Below, one piece after another: positions 1 to 9,374 of a stretch of 64,000 bases of DNA. The stretch covers positions 1-64,000 of the IMG/VR virus record IMGVR_UViG_3300025467_000526. The stretch is one strand, 5' to 3'. The notes beneath the pieces are model-generated. The model ran no database searches. It was given only the letters and a program-made list of their open reading frames with translations, and had not been told where the DNA came from. The stretch is from a virus. Lineage: Duplodnaviria; Heunggongvirae; Uroviricota; Caudoviricetes. How positions within the stretch are numbered: the first letter of the stretch is position 1; every line of letters begins with the position of its first letter. Position numbers and translations under genes: made by a program.

Positions 1-117
1 GTTTGCGTTGAACAAACTGACTTTGCTCCTATACTTTTTGAAGATGTTATAAAGCGTATTAAAGAAGAAGGTGGTGAAGTAGGGTTTAGAAACGGTAACT
101 TTACAAAAGCTGACTAA
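1..117 (+). CDS. 3' end of an upstream gene (partial, function unknown)
   Basis: Open frame 1 from window start to TAA at 115-117 (…EDVIKRIKEEGGEVGFRNGNFTKAD*), followed by a terminator hairpin. Confidence 0.3.
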   Translation, partial: VCVEQTDFAPILFEDVIKRIKEEGGEVGFRNGNFTKAD

Positions 118-131
118 TAAGTTAGCGTTTT

Positions 132-157
132 ATAGGGCCTTAGGGCCCTATTTTTTT
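132..157 (+). terminator. Rho-independent terminator
   Basis: ATAGGGCC-TTAG-GGCCCTAT forms a perfect 8-bp GC-rich stem, followed by TTTTTTT. Confidence 0.6.
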
Positions 158-180
158 GACTATCCGTTCTGTGCATTTTA

Positions 181-187
181 ATAAATA
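181..187 (+). promoter_or_regulatory. T4-like late-promoter-like motif (ATAAATA) upstream of a fibre gene
   Basis: tAATAAATAc lies about 28 nt upstream of ATG 215. The same motif class recurs before other structural genes. Confidence 0.3.
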
Positions 188-214
188 CACTATAGATATA
201 ACGGAGACAGCACA

Positions 215-2194
215 ATGTCGCTACAAATTAGACGCGGAACTGATGCCACTAGACAAACCATAATTTTTGATCAGGGCGAAATCACTTGGACTACTGATAC
301 AAATAAATTGTTTGTTGGTGACGGCAGTACTGCTGGCGGTATCAATGTAATCGCAAGTGCCGCAGGTACAGGATTAACTTGGAATTCAACAACAAACACA
401 CTTAATTTTACTGCTAGCGGATTAGGAATTCAAACAAATCAAGTTAGTGAATCGAGCGGAGGCCCGCTATACTTCACAACAGCCCGTGCCCAAGCGGCTG
501 CCGCGTCTATGTTTACTGCTATTGGTACAGCTACAGTTACCGGAACTATTACCGGTACTACTTCTCCAAATCAAGTTACAGTAAGCAGTACAACTGGAAT
601 GACCGCATTGATTCCATTTACAGTGAGCGGAAACTCTGGAGTAACCGGAGGTTTAGGAAACGGTACTTATTATATTGTATCTGTAGTTGATTCAACACAT
701 ATTACAGTTGCAAGCAGTTTAGCAAACGCACAAGCTGGTACTACCGTTACAACACTAACTACAGCCACTATGCCAGGCGGAGTAAATTTCTCAGCTGGTG
801 GTGGTTCAGCAGGTGATGTAACATTTGTGTATAATCAAGCGGCTGGTACTATGAGTGCCAACGTTAGTTTAAATGCTACTGGAATTAGTTCTTTGTATCA
901 AGATACTAATCCTACATTAGGAGCTAATTTAACGCTAAACGGATTTAATATAACTGGAACAGGTAATGTAAGTGTTACTGGTAACATTTCTGGCTCAGGT
1001 ACACTAGGTGCTGGAAATACAACCGTTACTGGAACATTAGCTGTTTCTAGTACATCGACATTTACTGGTGCGGCAACATTTAACAACAAGATTAGAATCA
1101 ATGGTGCATATATTAGTATTGCACAAGGTGAGAATTCTGTATTTTTACAAAATACAAGACTTACTGTTATTTCCGACACAACCGATACCGACACAGGTAT
1201 CAACATTTTAGGTTCAAGTACTGGTAGTGCAACTGCTACTGGACTTGCATTTGCTACAAGTCGTGGTACAAGTAGTGCTCCATCTGTTGTTCAAACAGGC
1301 GATGTTTTATCAGCTATTACTGCAACCGTATATAATGGTTCCAGTTATGTTGGATCTGGTTATGTAAGTTTCTTTGTTGATTCGGTATCTGTACCTACGG
1401 GCGGTGTTAGTGTTCCTACTAAATTATTATTCTTAACAGCTACTGGTTATAATACTCCCAGTACCATAATAAGTTCAGGTTACTATAATCAAATTTCAAG
1501 CAATGGTGTTTTAACAAGTCCACAAATTAAAGCAGTCAATAGTATCCAACTTACATCGAGTGGCGGTGCTATTTCATCGTCAACAACATATACATCTATA
1601 TCAGGCGCAAGTGTAATAGCCGCGGCAACATACTCCAACGTAATCCAATCAGCAACTAGCGGTACAGGTGCTGGTGCAGTATTTACAATTATCAAAACAG
1701 GTCCAGGAACAACATATACCGGTGTTACTAGTATTACTATGGTTCAGCCAGGTATTGGTTATAACATTGGGGATACCATAACAATTCCTGGTACATCATT
1801 AGGCGGCACTAGTCCTGGTAACGATTTAGTGTTTACTTTGGCAACATACGTTGTAAACGGAGTTGGTTATAGCACAGGTTCAGGCGGTACTGTAACTCAG
1901 TCAACCAGCAAAGCAACTGGCGTTACATTAAATAAACCAACTGGTACTATTGTACTAAACAATGCAAGTTTAGCGGCAGGTGCTGTTGTTAGTTTCACAT
2001 TTACTAATGGTAATTTAAACAGTAACGATATGGTTGTAATTAATCACAGTAGTGGCGGAACATTGGGTGCGTATAGTTTTGCAGTAACTCCTGCGTTAGG
2101 TTCATGTACAGTTTATGTACGTAATAATACAGCAGGCGCACTAGCCGAAGCATTAACACTACAATTTGCAGTTATCAAATCAGCAGTAGCTTAA
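215..2194 (+). CDS. tail-fibre-like structural protein with an Mtd_N-like N-terminal domain
   Basis: 659 aa, strongly T/S/G/A/N/V-rich. The N-terminus LQIRRGTDATRQTIIFDQGEITWTTDTNKLFVGDGSTAGG matches the RRGT…GE…TDT.KL.vGDG.T pattern of phage tail-fibre N-terminal domains. A GGAG RBS sits 8 nt upstream. Confidence 0.6.
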   Translation: MSLQIRRGTDATRQTIIFDQGEITWTTDTNKLFVGDGSTAGGINVIASAAGTGLTWNSTTNTLNFTASGLGIQTNQVSESSGGPLYFTTARAQAAAASMFTAIGTATVTGTITGTTSPNQVTVSSTTGMTALIPFTVSGNSGVTGGLGNGTYYIVSVVDSTHITVASSLANAQAGTTVTTLTTATMPGGVNFSAGGGSAGDVTFVYNQAAGTMSANVSLNATGISSLYQDTNPTLGANLTLNGFNITGTGNVSVTGNISGSGTLGAGNTTVTGTLAVSSTSTFTGAATFNNKIRINGAYISIAQGENSVFLQNTRLTVISDTTDTDTGINILGSSTGSATATGLAFATSRGTSSAPSVVQTGDVLSAITATVYNGSSYVGSGYVSFFVDSVSVPTGGVSVPTKLLFLTATGYNTPSTIISSGYYNQISSNGVLTSPQIKAVNSIQLTSSGGAISSSTTYTSISGASVIAAATYSNVIQSATSGTGAGAVFTIIKTGPGTTYTGVTSITMVQPGIGYNIGDTITIPGTSLGGTSPGNDLVFTLATYVVNGVGYSTGSGGTVTQSTSKATGVTLNKPTGTIVLNNASLAAGAVVSFTFTNGNLNSNDMVVINHSSGGTLGAYSFAVTPALGSCTVYVRNNTAGALAEALTLQFAVIKSAVA

Positions 2195-2210
2195 TAAATT
2201 ACTAGTCACA

Positions 2211-2237
2211 AATAGGACCTTCGGGTCCTATTTTTTT
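2211..2237 (+). terminator. Rho-independent terminator (UUCG tetraloop)
   Basis: AATAGGACC-TTCG-GGTCCTATT followed by TTTTTTT. Same design as the terminator at 132..157. Confidence 0.65.
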
Positions 2238-2248
2238 CTAAATACAAG

Positions 2249-3352
2249 ATGAATAAAGTTATCAAAATTGTTTCTAATCAAAAAGACAATATATTAGAAG
2301 TTCGTTGGATGGTCAATAATGTTTGCAACTATAATTGCAGGTACTGTTGGCCGGGTAGCCACGATGGCAGTTTTAAAAGTCCTGAAAACATTGATCAAAT
2401 TATTGATAATTTTGATCACATGTTTACATATTATAAAACACACTTAAACAAGACACGTTTCCATTTAAAAGTCGGGGGAGGCGAACCTACACTTTGGAAA
2501 GACTTAGGATACTTTATTGAACAACTTAAAAAAAGACACAACATATATTTTACAGTAATTTCAAATGGGTCACGTACACTACGTTGGTGGAAAGAATACG
2601 GACATTTAATAGACAATGCTACACTAAGTTATCACGTAGCAGAAGCAAATCCAGATCACATGATAGCTGTAGCAGATACGCTTTATGAATTAGGTAAGAA
2701 GACCAGCGTCAAAGTATTAATGGATCCTAACCTGTGGGATGAAAGTGTTCGTGTGTTAGAGTATATGAAGACCAGCAAACACAGTTGGTTTTTAACTGCG
2801 ACTGAAGTTATTGAACCCGAGCATGTTGCATCAAATGTGATTGAAATTGTGGACGAAAATAAAAAACGTTACACACCAGAACAACGTAGTTATTTTAAAA
2901 ATGCTTTAAAACGTATGCCTGGTTGGTCATGGATATTCAAAAATATTAAATTATTGATAGGTGGTGAAATAAAATTGTTTGAAAGTACCGCTTATTTAGA
3001 CAACGGCACTACTATTAAAGCTAGGCCAGAAACTTATATTTTGAACGGATGGAATAATTTTAAAGGATGGAGTTGTAATATTGGATTGGAAAGTGTCTAC
3101 ATACATTGGGACGGCGAAGTAGTAGGATCATGCCAGGAAACATTATATGGGTTAGATTATCGTTATAACATCTTAGACAGCAATTTTGTACAAAATTTTC
3201 ACCCAGATTTAAAACCTATTGTGTGTAATCAAAATAATTGTTTCTGCGGAACAGAAACACATATATCAAAGTTTGATCTTAGTAAGCGGGATATCAGCGG
3301 CACAGGTACAGAAGTTTCGATCACAGATGACAGGGTTATCAGGCACCACTAG
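2249..3352 (+). CDS. radical SAM enzyme, paralog family A
   Basis: CNYNCRYC (CxxxCxxC), GGGEPT motif, and a C-terminal Cys cluster GWSCNIG…IHWDGEV…C…CNQNNCFCG shared with 3266..4156 and 20891..21856. Confidence 0.7.
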   Translation: MNKVIKIVSNQKDNILEVRWMVNNVCNYNCRYCWPGSHDGSFKSPENIDQIIDNFDHMFTYYKTHLNKTRFHLKVGGGEPTLWKDLGYFIEQLKKRHNIYFTVISNGSRTLRWWKEYGHLIDNATLSYHVAEANPDHMIAVADTLYELGKKTSVKVLMDPNLWDESVRVLEYMKTSKHSWFLTATEVIEPEHVASNVIEIVDENKKRYTPEQRSYFKNALKRMPGWSWIFKNIKLLIGGEIKLFESTAYLDNGTTIKARPETYILNGWNNFKGWSCNIGLESVYIHWDGEVVGSCQETLYGLDYRYNILDSNFVQNFHPDLKPIVCNQNNCFCGTETHISKFDLSKRDISGTGTEVSITDDRVIRHH

Positions 3353-4156
3353 AGTTCCTTGATAAATGTTACCCAAACTACCGCCTACTCGGCACGTAGC
3401 ACGATGTACTTCTCCATCCCAATTTATCATTAGGCTTTCTATACCTGCGTTACATGACCAGTCTTTGTATTTGTTAAAATGCAGTTTGATAATATCATTG
3501 GCATGTATTTTCTTATCATCATCTATAACACAGTTTGCTTCTACTGTAGCTTCATATTCTTTAACCCATTCTAAGTCTTCTGCATTGTATCGCATGTCAT
3601 CGAACAAATCGTGATCACCTTGCGTCCAACGAACTCTACGAACAGCATGAGGGATATTACTTGCGGACAACGCACCTGCAATGTATCTAGTACGTTTCAT
3701 ATGGTCTTGATGTGCCATGACATGCACTAATATCTTTCCTGGGAATAGTTCTTTGGTGTTGACTATTGTATCTAATACACGTCTAACGTCATATTCCATG
3801 TGTACACTAAACACATATTGGTCAACACGTTGTTTACTATAAAATTCAAAGGGTAGCGTGCCGTTAGTTGTTACACTTATCCAACTGACTCCTTGATTCT
3901 TACAATAATTTATTAGCTCTTCAAATTTAGGATGTACAGTAGGCTCGCCACCTGTAAAACTTAAACGTATGGGTTTGTTTAATGCAACAAGTTTATCTAC
4001 AGTTGTTTTAAGAATTTCAATATCAGTATGCGGACTTGAGTTATCATGAATACTACTAGGGCAATAGCTACAATCGAAATTACAACGTTTGCCCAAATTC
4101 CATTCTATTTTAATAGTGTTTGGATGGTGCTCGTATAAACTGGTAACCTTAAACAT
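3266..4156 (-). CDS. radical SAM enzyme, paralog family A
   Basis: CNFDCSYC, FTGGEPT, and C-terminal DWSCNAG…INWDGEV…C…CDRNFCTC. Its 3' end overlaps 2249..3352 by 87 nt on the opposite strand. Confidence 0.7.
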   Translation of the reverse strand: MFKVTSLYEHHPNTIKIEWNLGKRCNFDCSYCPSSIHDNSSPHTDIEILKTTVDKLVALNKPIRLSFTGGEPTVHPKFEELINYCKNQGVSWISVTTNGTLPFEFYSKQRVDQYVFSVHMEYDVRRVLDTIVNTKELFPGKILVHVMAHQDHMKRTRYIAGALSASNIPHAVRRVRWTQGDHDLFDDMRYNAEDLEWVKEYEATVEANCVIDDDKKIHANDIIKLHFNKYKDWSCNAGIESLMINWDGEVHRATCRVGGSLGNIYQGTLVVPDNPVICDRNFCTCAADIPLTKIKL

Positions 4157-5420
4157 AATTCTTAAATTCCGGAGTTATGTCTATAAAACTTTGATTGCGT
4201 GTTACATCAAGTCTTTGATTAAAATCTATACAATCTTTCCACAAGTGACTTTCATCCTTTGCCATTAAAAAATTAATGTTGTCCTGTATTTGCCCTAGCG
4301 TATATTCCAACAGTCCGGGTGTTTCTTTTATTAGCTTAAAGTCTGCTACATGTTCTTTAATTGCCTGTAGTTTTGTAATAGCCAGTACTTGCAATTCTCT
4401 TGGCAATACTTGTGCAGATAATACATTGGGGTGTGTAACCCTATGAGTATGAAATATGATACCTAAGTCATCTAAAAAGTATTCTATTATTTTATCTAGC
4501 ACAAGTACATTGCTAACTTGTACAGTACATGCACCCACTACTCTTGTAATATTTGAAATTTTCTTTATTTCTTTGACGTTAGATATAACTTCTTGCCAAT
4601 CGCTGTTACCACGAATGTAATTGTAAACGTTGCCAATGCCGTCAAGAGAGACGTTAACGGCAACTGATCTAAAATAAGGCCAATAGTCATGAATTGTTCT
4701 TCCTTTATTAATTCCTAATGTTGTGCCATTAGTAGCATACTTTAGTTCTATTTGATGCCCGTAGGGTTTCAACATATCTAAAATTCTATAGTGCTGGGGA
4801 TCCATTAACGGTTCCCCGCCTGCAAACTCTACTCTTCTAAAATAAGGTAATAATTTTTCTAAATTATTCCACCATTCAGGATTATCTTGAAATTTATCTA
4901 AATAGGGTTTGCGTTCTAAATCATGTTGCTCTACAATAGCATACATGATATTGTTTTCTTTTTTATAAAATTCTTTAATTTCTGCCCAATCGTTCCAAGC
5001 AGTACTGTCCATAGGATGACACATACGGCATTTAAGATTACAAAGATTGTTTAGTTTAAGTTCCATTGTAGGAATCTCAAAAGGCATAGAATAATCACTA
5101 CGCATTTTTCCAACAGCATCAGGATACAGTTTAATACGTGCTTCTGGAATTTTTCCTCTCACATGACGTAACCGCAGACTTTCTACTCCTTGATCTTCTA
5201 GACTAAAACAAGGTTCACATTCAGGAGGACGATAGCCCGTAAGTACTTGTTTACGAATACGTTTCATAGTATCGTTATTCCAAATTTCTTCAAGTGATTG
5301 TTCTTGTATAAATCCAACAGGGTGACTACGACAGCAGGCACAGATAGCTCCATCCTCTCTGGTGGCTAATCCTGTAAATGGATGCATACAAAATGTTGGA
5401 GGATTAATGCTCTGCGACAT
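4149..5420 (-). CDS. radical SAM enzyme, paralog family B (N-terminal Cys-rich domain)
   Basis: CNLKCRMC, FAGGEPL, and N-terminal CMHPFTGLATREDGAICACC. Confidence 0.7.
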   Translation of the reverse strand: MSQSINPPTFCMHPFTGLATREDGAICACCRSHPVGFIQEQSLEEIWNNDTMKRIRKQVLTGYRPPECEPCFSLEDQGVESLRLRHVRGKIPEARIKLYPDAVGKMRSDYSMPFEIPTMELKLNNLCNLKCRMCHPMDSTAWNDWAEIKEFYKKENNIMYAIVEQHDLERKPYLDKFQDNPEWWNNLEKLLPYFRRVEFAGGEPLMDPQHYRILDMLKPYGHQIELKYATNGTTLGINKGRTIHDYWPYFRSVAVNVSLDGIGNVYNYIRGNSDWQEVISNVKEIKKISNITRVVGACTVQVSNVLVLDKIIEYFLDDLGIIFHTHRVTHPNVLSAQVLPRELQVLAITKLQAIKEHVADFKLIKETPGLLEYTLGQIQDNINFLMAKDESHLWKDCIDFNQRLDVTRNQSFIDITPEFKNYV

Positions 5421-6252
5421 ATCTTATTAAAGGGCTTACGCCCACAGGTTGATTATCTTTCAATGCTAGATAAATGCTTTTGGTTGGTGTTAAATTAAAA
5501 TCTTTACAAATTTTATTATACACATCTCCGTACTTTTTCCATAAGTAATCTGGCTCTAGCTGTTTAATGAAATGTAAACCAATCATGGCAGGGGCACGAA
5601 GGTTCATACTAAAGTCGTTCATTATGGTAATAGCGTCTGGGGTTGTTTCTTTAGTCCAACGTAATCCAATTCTATTCCAACCTAGTCCTAGTCCTTTACT
5701 TAAACTTATAGCGACCGACTTAATTGCTGGATGAGATACATCAAAGTCAATTCCGCGACAGCAAGTATACCAAGCGCCGTCCACATGTACACTAATACCT
5801 TTGTCTCCCGCTTCATCTAATATCTCCTTCATGTTTGCGTGTACATCTCCTGTACTAGGAAATGGCATGGCTATAATAAGAGGAATACCTTCTTTTAACA
5901 ATCCTACTTGTGTATCCCAATTGCCTAACCTGTGATGGTATCTGTAATCACCTTGCAGTATTTGAGGCTGGCATTGCATGTATATTGAATCGATAAATTG
6001 TGTACACCCATTAATAATATCTACTCGATTAAAATTATCTAAACCTGTTATATTATTAAGTTTGGATCTTAATACCCAATCAGTCATTTCTTTTTTAAAT
6101 TGTGTATATAACAAATCGCTTATTTCGTATCCCCATCTGTGAGGTAATAGCTCCTCTATTAGGGTTTCAATATGCTTATCAGATAATGGCTGCGGTCTTT
6201 CAATTTCCAAATATTCTTCTGAGTATGCCGGGGCAATTTTAAAACGATTCAT
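5404..6252 (-). CDS. PLP-dependent aminotransferase-fold protein (class I/II-like, short)
   Basis: ISLSKGLGLGWNRIGL matches the class I/II aminotransferase PLP-lysine signature (S-x-S-K-x2-G-L-x-G-x-R-I-G). An upstream VHVDGAWY resembles the DEAY motif. At 282 aa it is shorter than typical aminotransferases. Confidence 0.5.
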   Translation of the reverse strand: MNRFKIAPAYSEEYLEIERPQPLSDKHIETLIEELLPHRWGYEISDLLYTQFKKEMTDWVLRSKLNNITGLDNFNRVDIINGCTQFIDSIYMQCQPQILQGDYRYHHRLGNWDTQVGLLKEGIPLIIAMPFPSTGDVHANMKEILDEAGDKGISVHVDGAWYTCCRGIDFDVSHPAIKSVAISLSKGLGLGWNRIGLRWTKETTPDAITIMNDFSMNLRAPAMIGLHFIKQLEPDYLWKKYGDVYNKICKDFNLTPTKSIYLALKDNQPVGVSPLIRYVAEH

Positions 6253-6261
6253 GAAATATTT

Positions 6262-7707
6262 ATGTATGCACTTAATAAGGTTAAATATTTCATGGATAAA
6301 ATATTTTGGTTACAGCCGGAGGATTCTCAGTTAGGCAAGTGGCAACGTCAATTGGAAGACGTTTCAAAAAGTCATAGTTTTTGTGTACTGCCCTGGATAC
6401 ATTTGGCAACTCGTCCGAATGGCGATATGCGTATATGCTGTGTTGCAAACGCATCGGGTGCGGATACAGGCGACTATACTGTTGGCTTAGTTAAGATGGA
6501 AGATGGCAAGCCTGCTAACTTTGCACACAATTTGCCAACTGAAGCGTTCAATAACGACTATATGAAATCAGTGCGTAAGACTATGTTGGAAGGAAAAATT
6601 CCCGCAAGTTGTACCAAATGTTTTAAAGAAGAACAACAAGGTATTGCCAGTAAACGTATTTGGGAAACAGGTACATGGTTTAAAGAAGGTATAGATATCC
6701 CAGAACTTATTGCTCAAACTAAAGAGGATGGATCAGTTCCTTATAAATTACAATACTTAGATTTAAGATTGGGACATACTTGTAACTTAAAGTGTGTCAT
6801 GTGTAGTCCACACGATAGTAGTATGTGGGTACCCGAACATAAAAAAGTATTTCCAATTTTTGCCAGCCCCTTAATTAAAAAACAAATGAGTTGGGAGCAA
6901 ACAGAGTTTAACAACACATGGCATGAAAATCCCAAGTTCTGGGAAGAAGTCTACGATCAAATTCCTAACATCAAACAACTGTACTTTGCCGGGGGAGAAC
7001 CATTACTCATTAAAGAGCATCGCAGATTCTTAGAAGAGATTGTTGCTAGGGGATATGCCAATAAAATTATCTTACGATACAACACAAACGGCACCCTCAT
7101 TAATCAAGATATTATCAACCTGTGGAGTAAGTTCCTTAAAGTTAAAGTTGGATTTAGTTTGGATGGTATGGAAACTCGTGGGCATTATATTCGCTACCCG
7201 TTAGACTGGGATACCATTGTGCAAAATTTGCACACACTAGATAATGCTCCAGATAACATACAAACTAACATTGCACTTGCAGTACAGATACTAAACATCA
7301 AACACGTTCCTGATTTTATTAAATGGAAAGTTAAGAGTAACTTCAAAAAGATTAACATGGATACTAATGCGTCCGGACAAGTTATGGGAGGCGGACTAGT
7401 AGGTGTACACTTGTTATGGATTCCTACATGGTTAAGTCTGCGTGTACTTCCTAAAGAAGACAAAGCAGAAGTGCGTCAACTATTTGCAGATTTACAAGAA
7501 TGGTTATGGAAGAACTATACACAGGACAAAGAATTTTGGGAAACTAATCCTTACGGATGGAAACGTTGGGAAGGTATATTAGATTGGATGGACGCAGAGG
7601 ATCATACTAACTTGCTTCCTGACTTTAAAGAATATATAATGACTATGGATCAGCAACGTGCTACTGATTTTAAAAAGACATTTCCAGAGCTAGCTCACTT
7701 AATATGA
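6262..7707 (+). CDS. radical SAM enzyme, paralog family B
   Basis: CNLKCVMC, FAGGEPL, and N-terminal CVLPWIHLATRPNGDMRICC. The start may instead be ATG 6292, because only 9 nt separate it from the divergent gene. Confidence 0.7.
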   Translation: MYALNKVKYFMDKIFWLQPEDSQLGKWQRQLEDVSKSHSFCVLPWIHLATRPNGDMRICCVANASGADTGDYTVGLVKMEDGKPANFAHNLPTEAFNNDYMKSVRKTMLEGKIPASCTKCFKEEQQGIASKRIWETGTWFKEGIDIPELIAQTKEDGSVPYKLQYLDLRLGHTCNLKCVMCSPHDSSMWVPEHKKVFPIFASPLIKKQMSWEQTEFNNTWHENPKFWEEVYDQIPNIKQLYFAGGEPLLIKEHRRFLEEIVARGYANKIILRYNTNGTLINQDIINLWSKFLKVKVGFSLDGMETRGHYIRYPLDWDTIVQNLHTLDNAPDNIQTNIALAVQILNIKHVPDFIKWKVKSNFKKINMDTNASGQVMGGGLVGVHLLWIPTWLSLRVLPKEDKAEVRQLFADLQEWLWKNYTQDKEFWETNPYGWKRWEGILDWMDAEDHTNLLPDFKEYIMTMDQQRATDFKKTFPELAHLI

Positions 7708-8375
7708 TTACTAAATTAACATGGACATGCCCAGATGGGCTTATTGAACAAGCATTAAAAGAATGTCCAGTGACAGGCGAAGGCACAGTACTAAACGAGC
7801 CAACAGGCGATTTCTTTTATGACGGTTGGAAAATCAAAGATCATTATAAAGACACTCCGTGGAAACAAGTATTAGATACATTACCTGTGACCATAGGCCA
7901 AGCACGTATTATTAAATTAGAACCTGGAGATACATATCAAGCACATGCGGATATCGACAATCGTTGGCATTTAAATTTAACCGGCGAGCAGTCATACCTT
8001 ATTGACTTAGATAAGAAAGTTATGCACGAATGTGTTAGAGATAACTGTTGGGCTTATATGGATGCAAGTTGTAGACACGTTGCTTCTAATTTTGGAGCTA
8101 GATCTCGTTTACAACTTGTAGTAAGAGAACCATTACGACGTAGTAGCCAACCTGTAGATTTAGTTTCCGTAATGATTGGACCAGCCTATGAACAACATCA
8201 GTTTAGATACAAATTTGATAACTTGGTTAGTCCTTTCTTAAATCATGCTGATAAAAATTATAAATTAGCAGATTTTGCTCATACTACATTTAGTTTGACG
8301 TTTAAATTAGAAAGAGAACTGCTTGATGAACTTAAACAGCTTCTTACCGCAGATTACAAATTAACTATTCTTTGA
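7704..8375 (+). CDS. hypothetical protein
   Basis: 223-aa ORF with an ATGA stop/start overlap with the upstream gene. No recognisable motif. Confidence 0.5.
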   Translation: MITKLTWTCPDGLIEQALKECPVTGEGTVLNEPTGDFFYDGWKIKDHYKDTPWKQVLDTLPVTIGQARIIKLEPGDTYQAHADIDNRWHLNLTGEQSYLIDLDKKVMHECVRDNCWAYMDASCRHVASNFGARSRLQLVVREPLRRSSQPVDLVSVMIGPAYEQHQFRYKFDNLVSPFLNHADKNYKLADFAHTTFSLTFKLERELLDELKQLLTADYKLTIL

Positions 8376-9374
8376 ACAAGTATTAACACAAGTAAGACAC
8401 TTTTTATCAGACCAAAGGTCTGGTAAGTTGTTCCATAAGTTATCTGTTAAGACTTCTGTAATAGGAGCATCGTATAAATTTGGAACTGTCAGTTTGTTAA
8501 GATGTTGTTTAGTTGTGTATATAGATATATTTCTAAGAGCATTGATGACTGTGATTTCAGTTAAAGGTTCTTCTACATAATCAGATCCTAAATAACTGCA
8601 TGGAAACAAGTTACCTCTACAGTCTACAAATACTTCATTTAAGTTAACACATTTAGGATCAATAACAGATTTAGCTACTACATCATCTCGTACTGCACTA
8701 TCTAATAATTTTTCTAAAGGTTCTGTTACTTTTGTATTTTTAGAAGGTTGTAAGTTATAGACAAACTTGTTATGATTATCAAAGACTGGAAAATTAACAA
8801 CACTATAAAACCTAGTTGTGTGTCTAAACTGTATTTGCGATACTCCTATTCCTAATAAAAATTTTTCAAGTTCTTCTACATCATCCTCGTTGTGTGCAAA
8901 CACAAGACTGTTTATATTTGCTTTACCGCCAGCCGCAACAAACGCTTTGATATTTTCTATAACTTTATCAAAATCTGTATTACGTCTATACAGCTCGTGC
9001 TTGCCTTTAAATCCGTCTACTGCAAAAGTAACTTCGTTTATATATTGTGCTAACTCTGCCCACCATTCAGGTTTACGTAAACTACCGTTGGTATGCATAG
9101 CCGAATAGATATCAGGATTTGACTCTTTGATATATTTGTAAATCTCAAGGCAATCTGTAGCAAATGCCGGATCACCGTAATTACCTGAACTATAAAAGTT
9201 AGTAAGTGTTTGTAAAAACTCCGGTGGAAACCATTGCTTAAAATCTTCAATACCAATTTCAGTATTTTTAATAAATGGACGAGTAGAGTACCCGTTATGA
9301 TTGCGGGCACACATAGGACAAGCGGCTTGGCACTTGTCTGTCAGTTCTATATGTAGTCTTTTAACTTTATACAA
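8361..9374 (-). CDS. radical SAM enzyme, paralog family C (SPASM/twitch-like C-terminal Cys cluster)
   Basis: CQAACPMC, GNYGDP, and C-terminal C…CRGNLFPC…CLTCVNTC. Paralogous to 19887..20903 (shared WWAELA…DG…LYR block). The ORF track begins at 9407. I prefer a TTG start at 9374, which aligns with the paralog N-terminus (MYKLTDI vs LYKVKRL) and reduces the overlap with the upstream gene to 8 nt. Confidence 0.6.
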   Translation of the reverse strand: MYKVKRLHIELTDKCQAACPMCARNHNGYSTRPFIKNTEIGIEDFKQWFPPEFLQTLTNFYSSGNYGDPAFATDCLEIYKYIKESNPDIYSAMHTNGSLRKPEWWAELAQYINEVTFAVDGFKGKHELYRRNTDFDKVIENIKAFVAAGGKANINSLVFAHNEDDVEELEKFLLGIGVSQIQFRHTTRFYSVVNFPVFDNHNKFVYNLQPSKNTKVTEPLEKLLDSAVRDDVVAKSVIDPKCVNLNEVFVDCRGNLFPCSYLGSDYVEEPLTEITVINALRNISIYTTKQHLNKLTVPNLYDAPITEVLTDNLWNNLPDLWSDKKCLTCVNTCSKNS

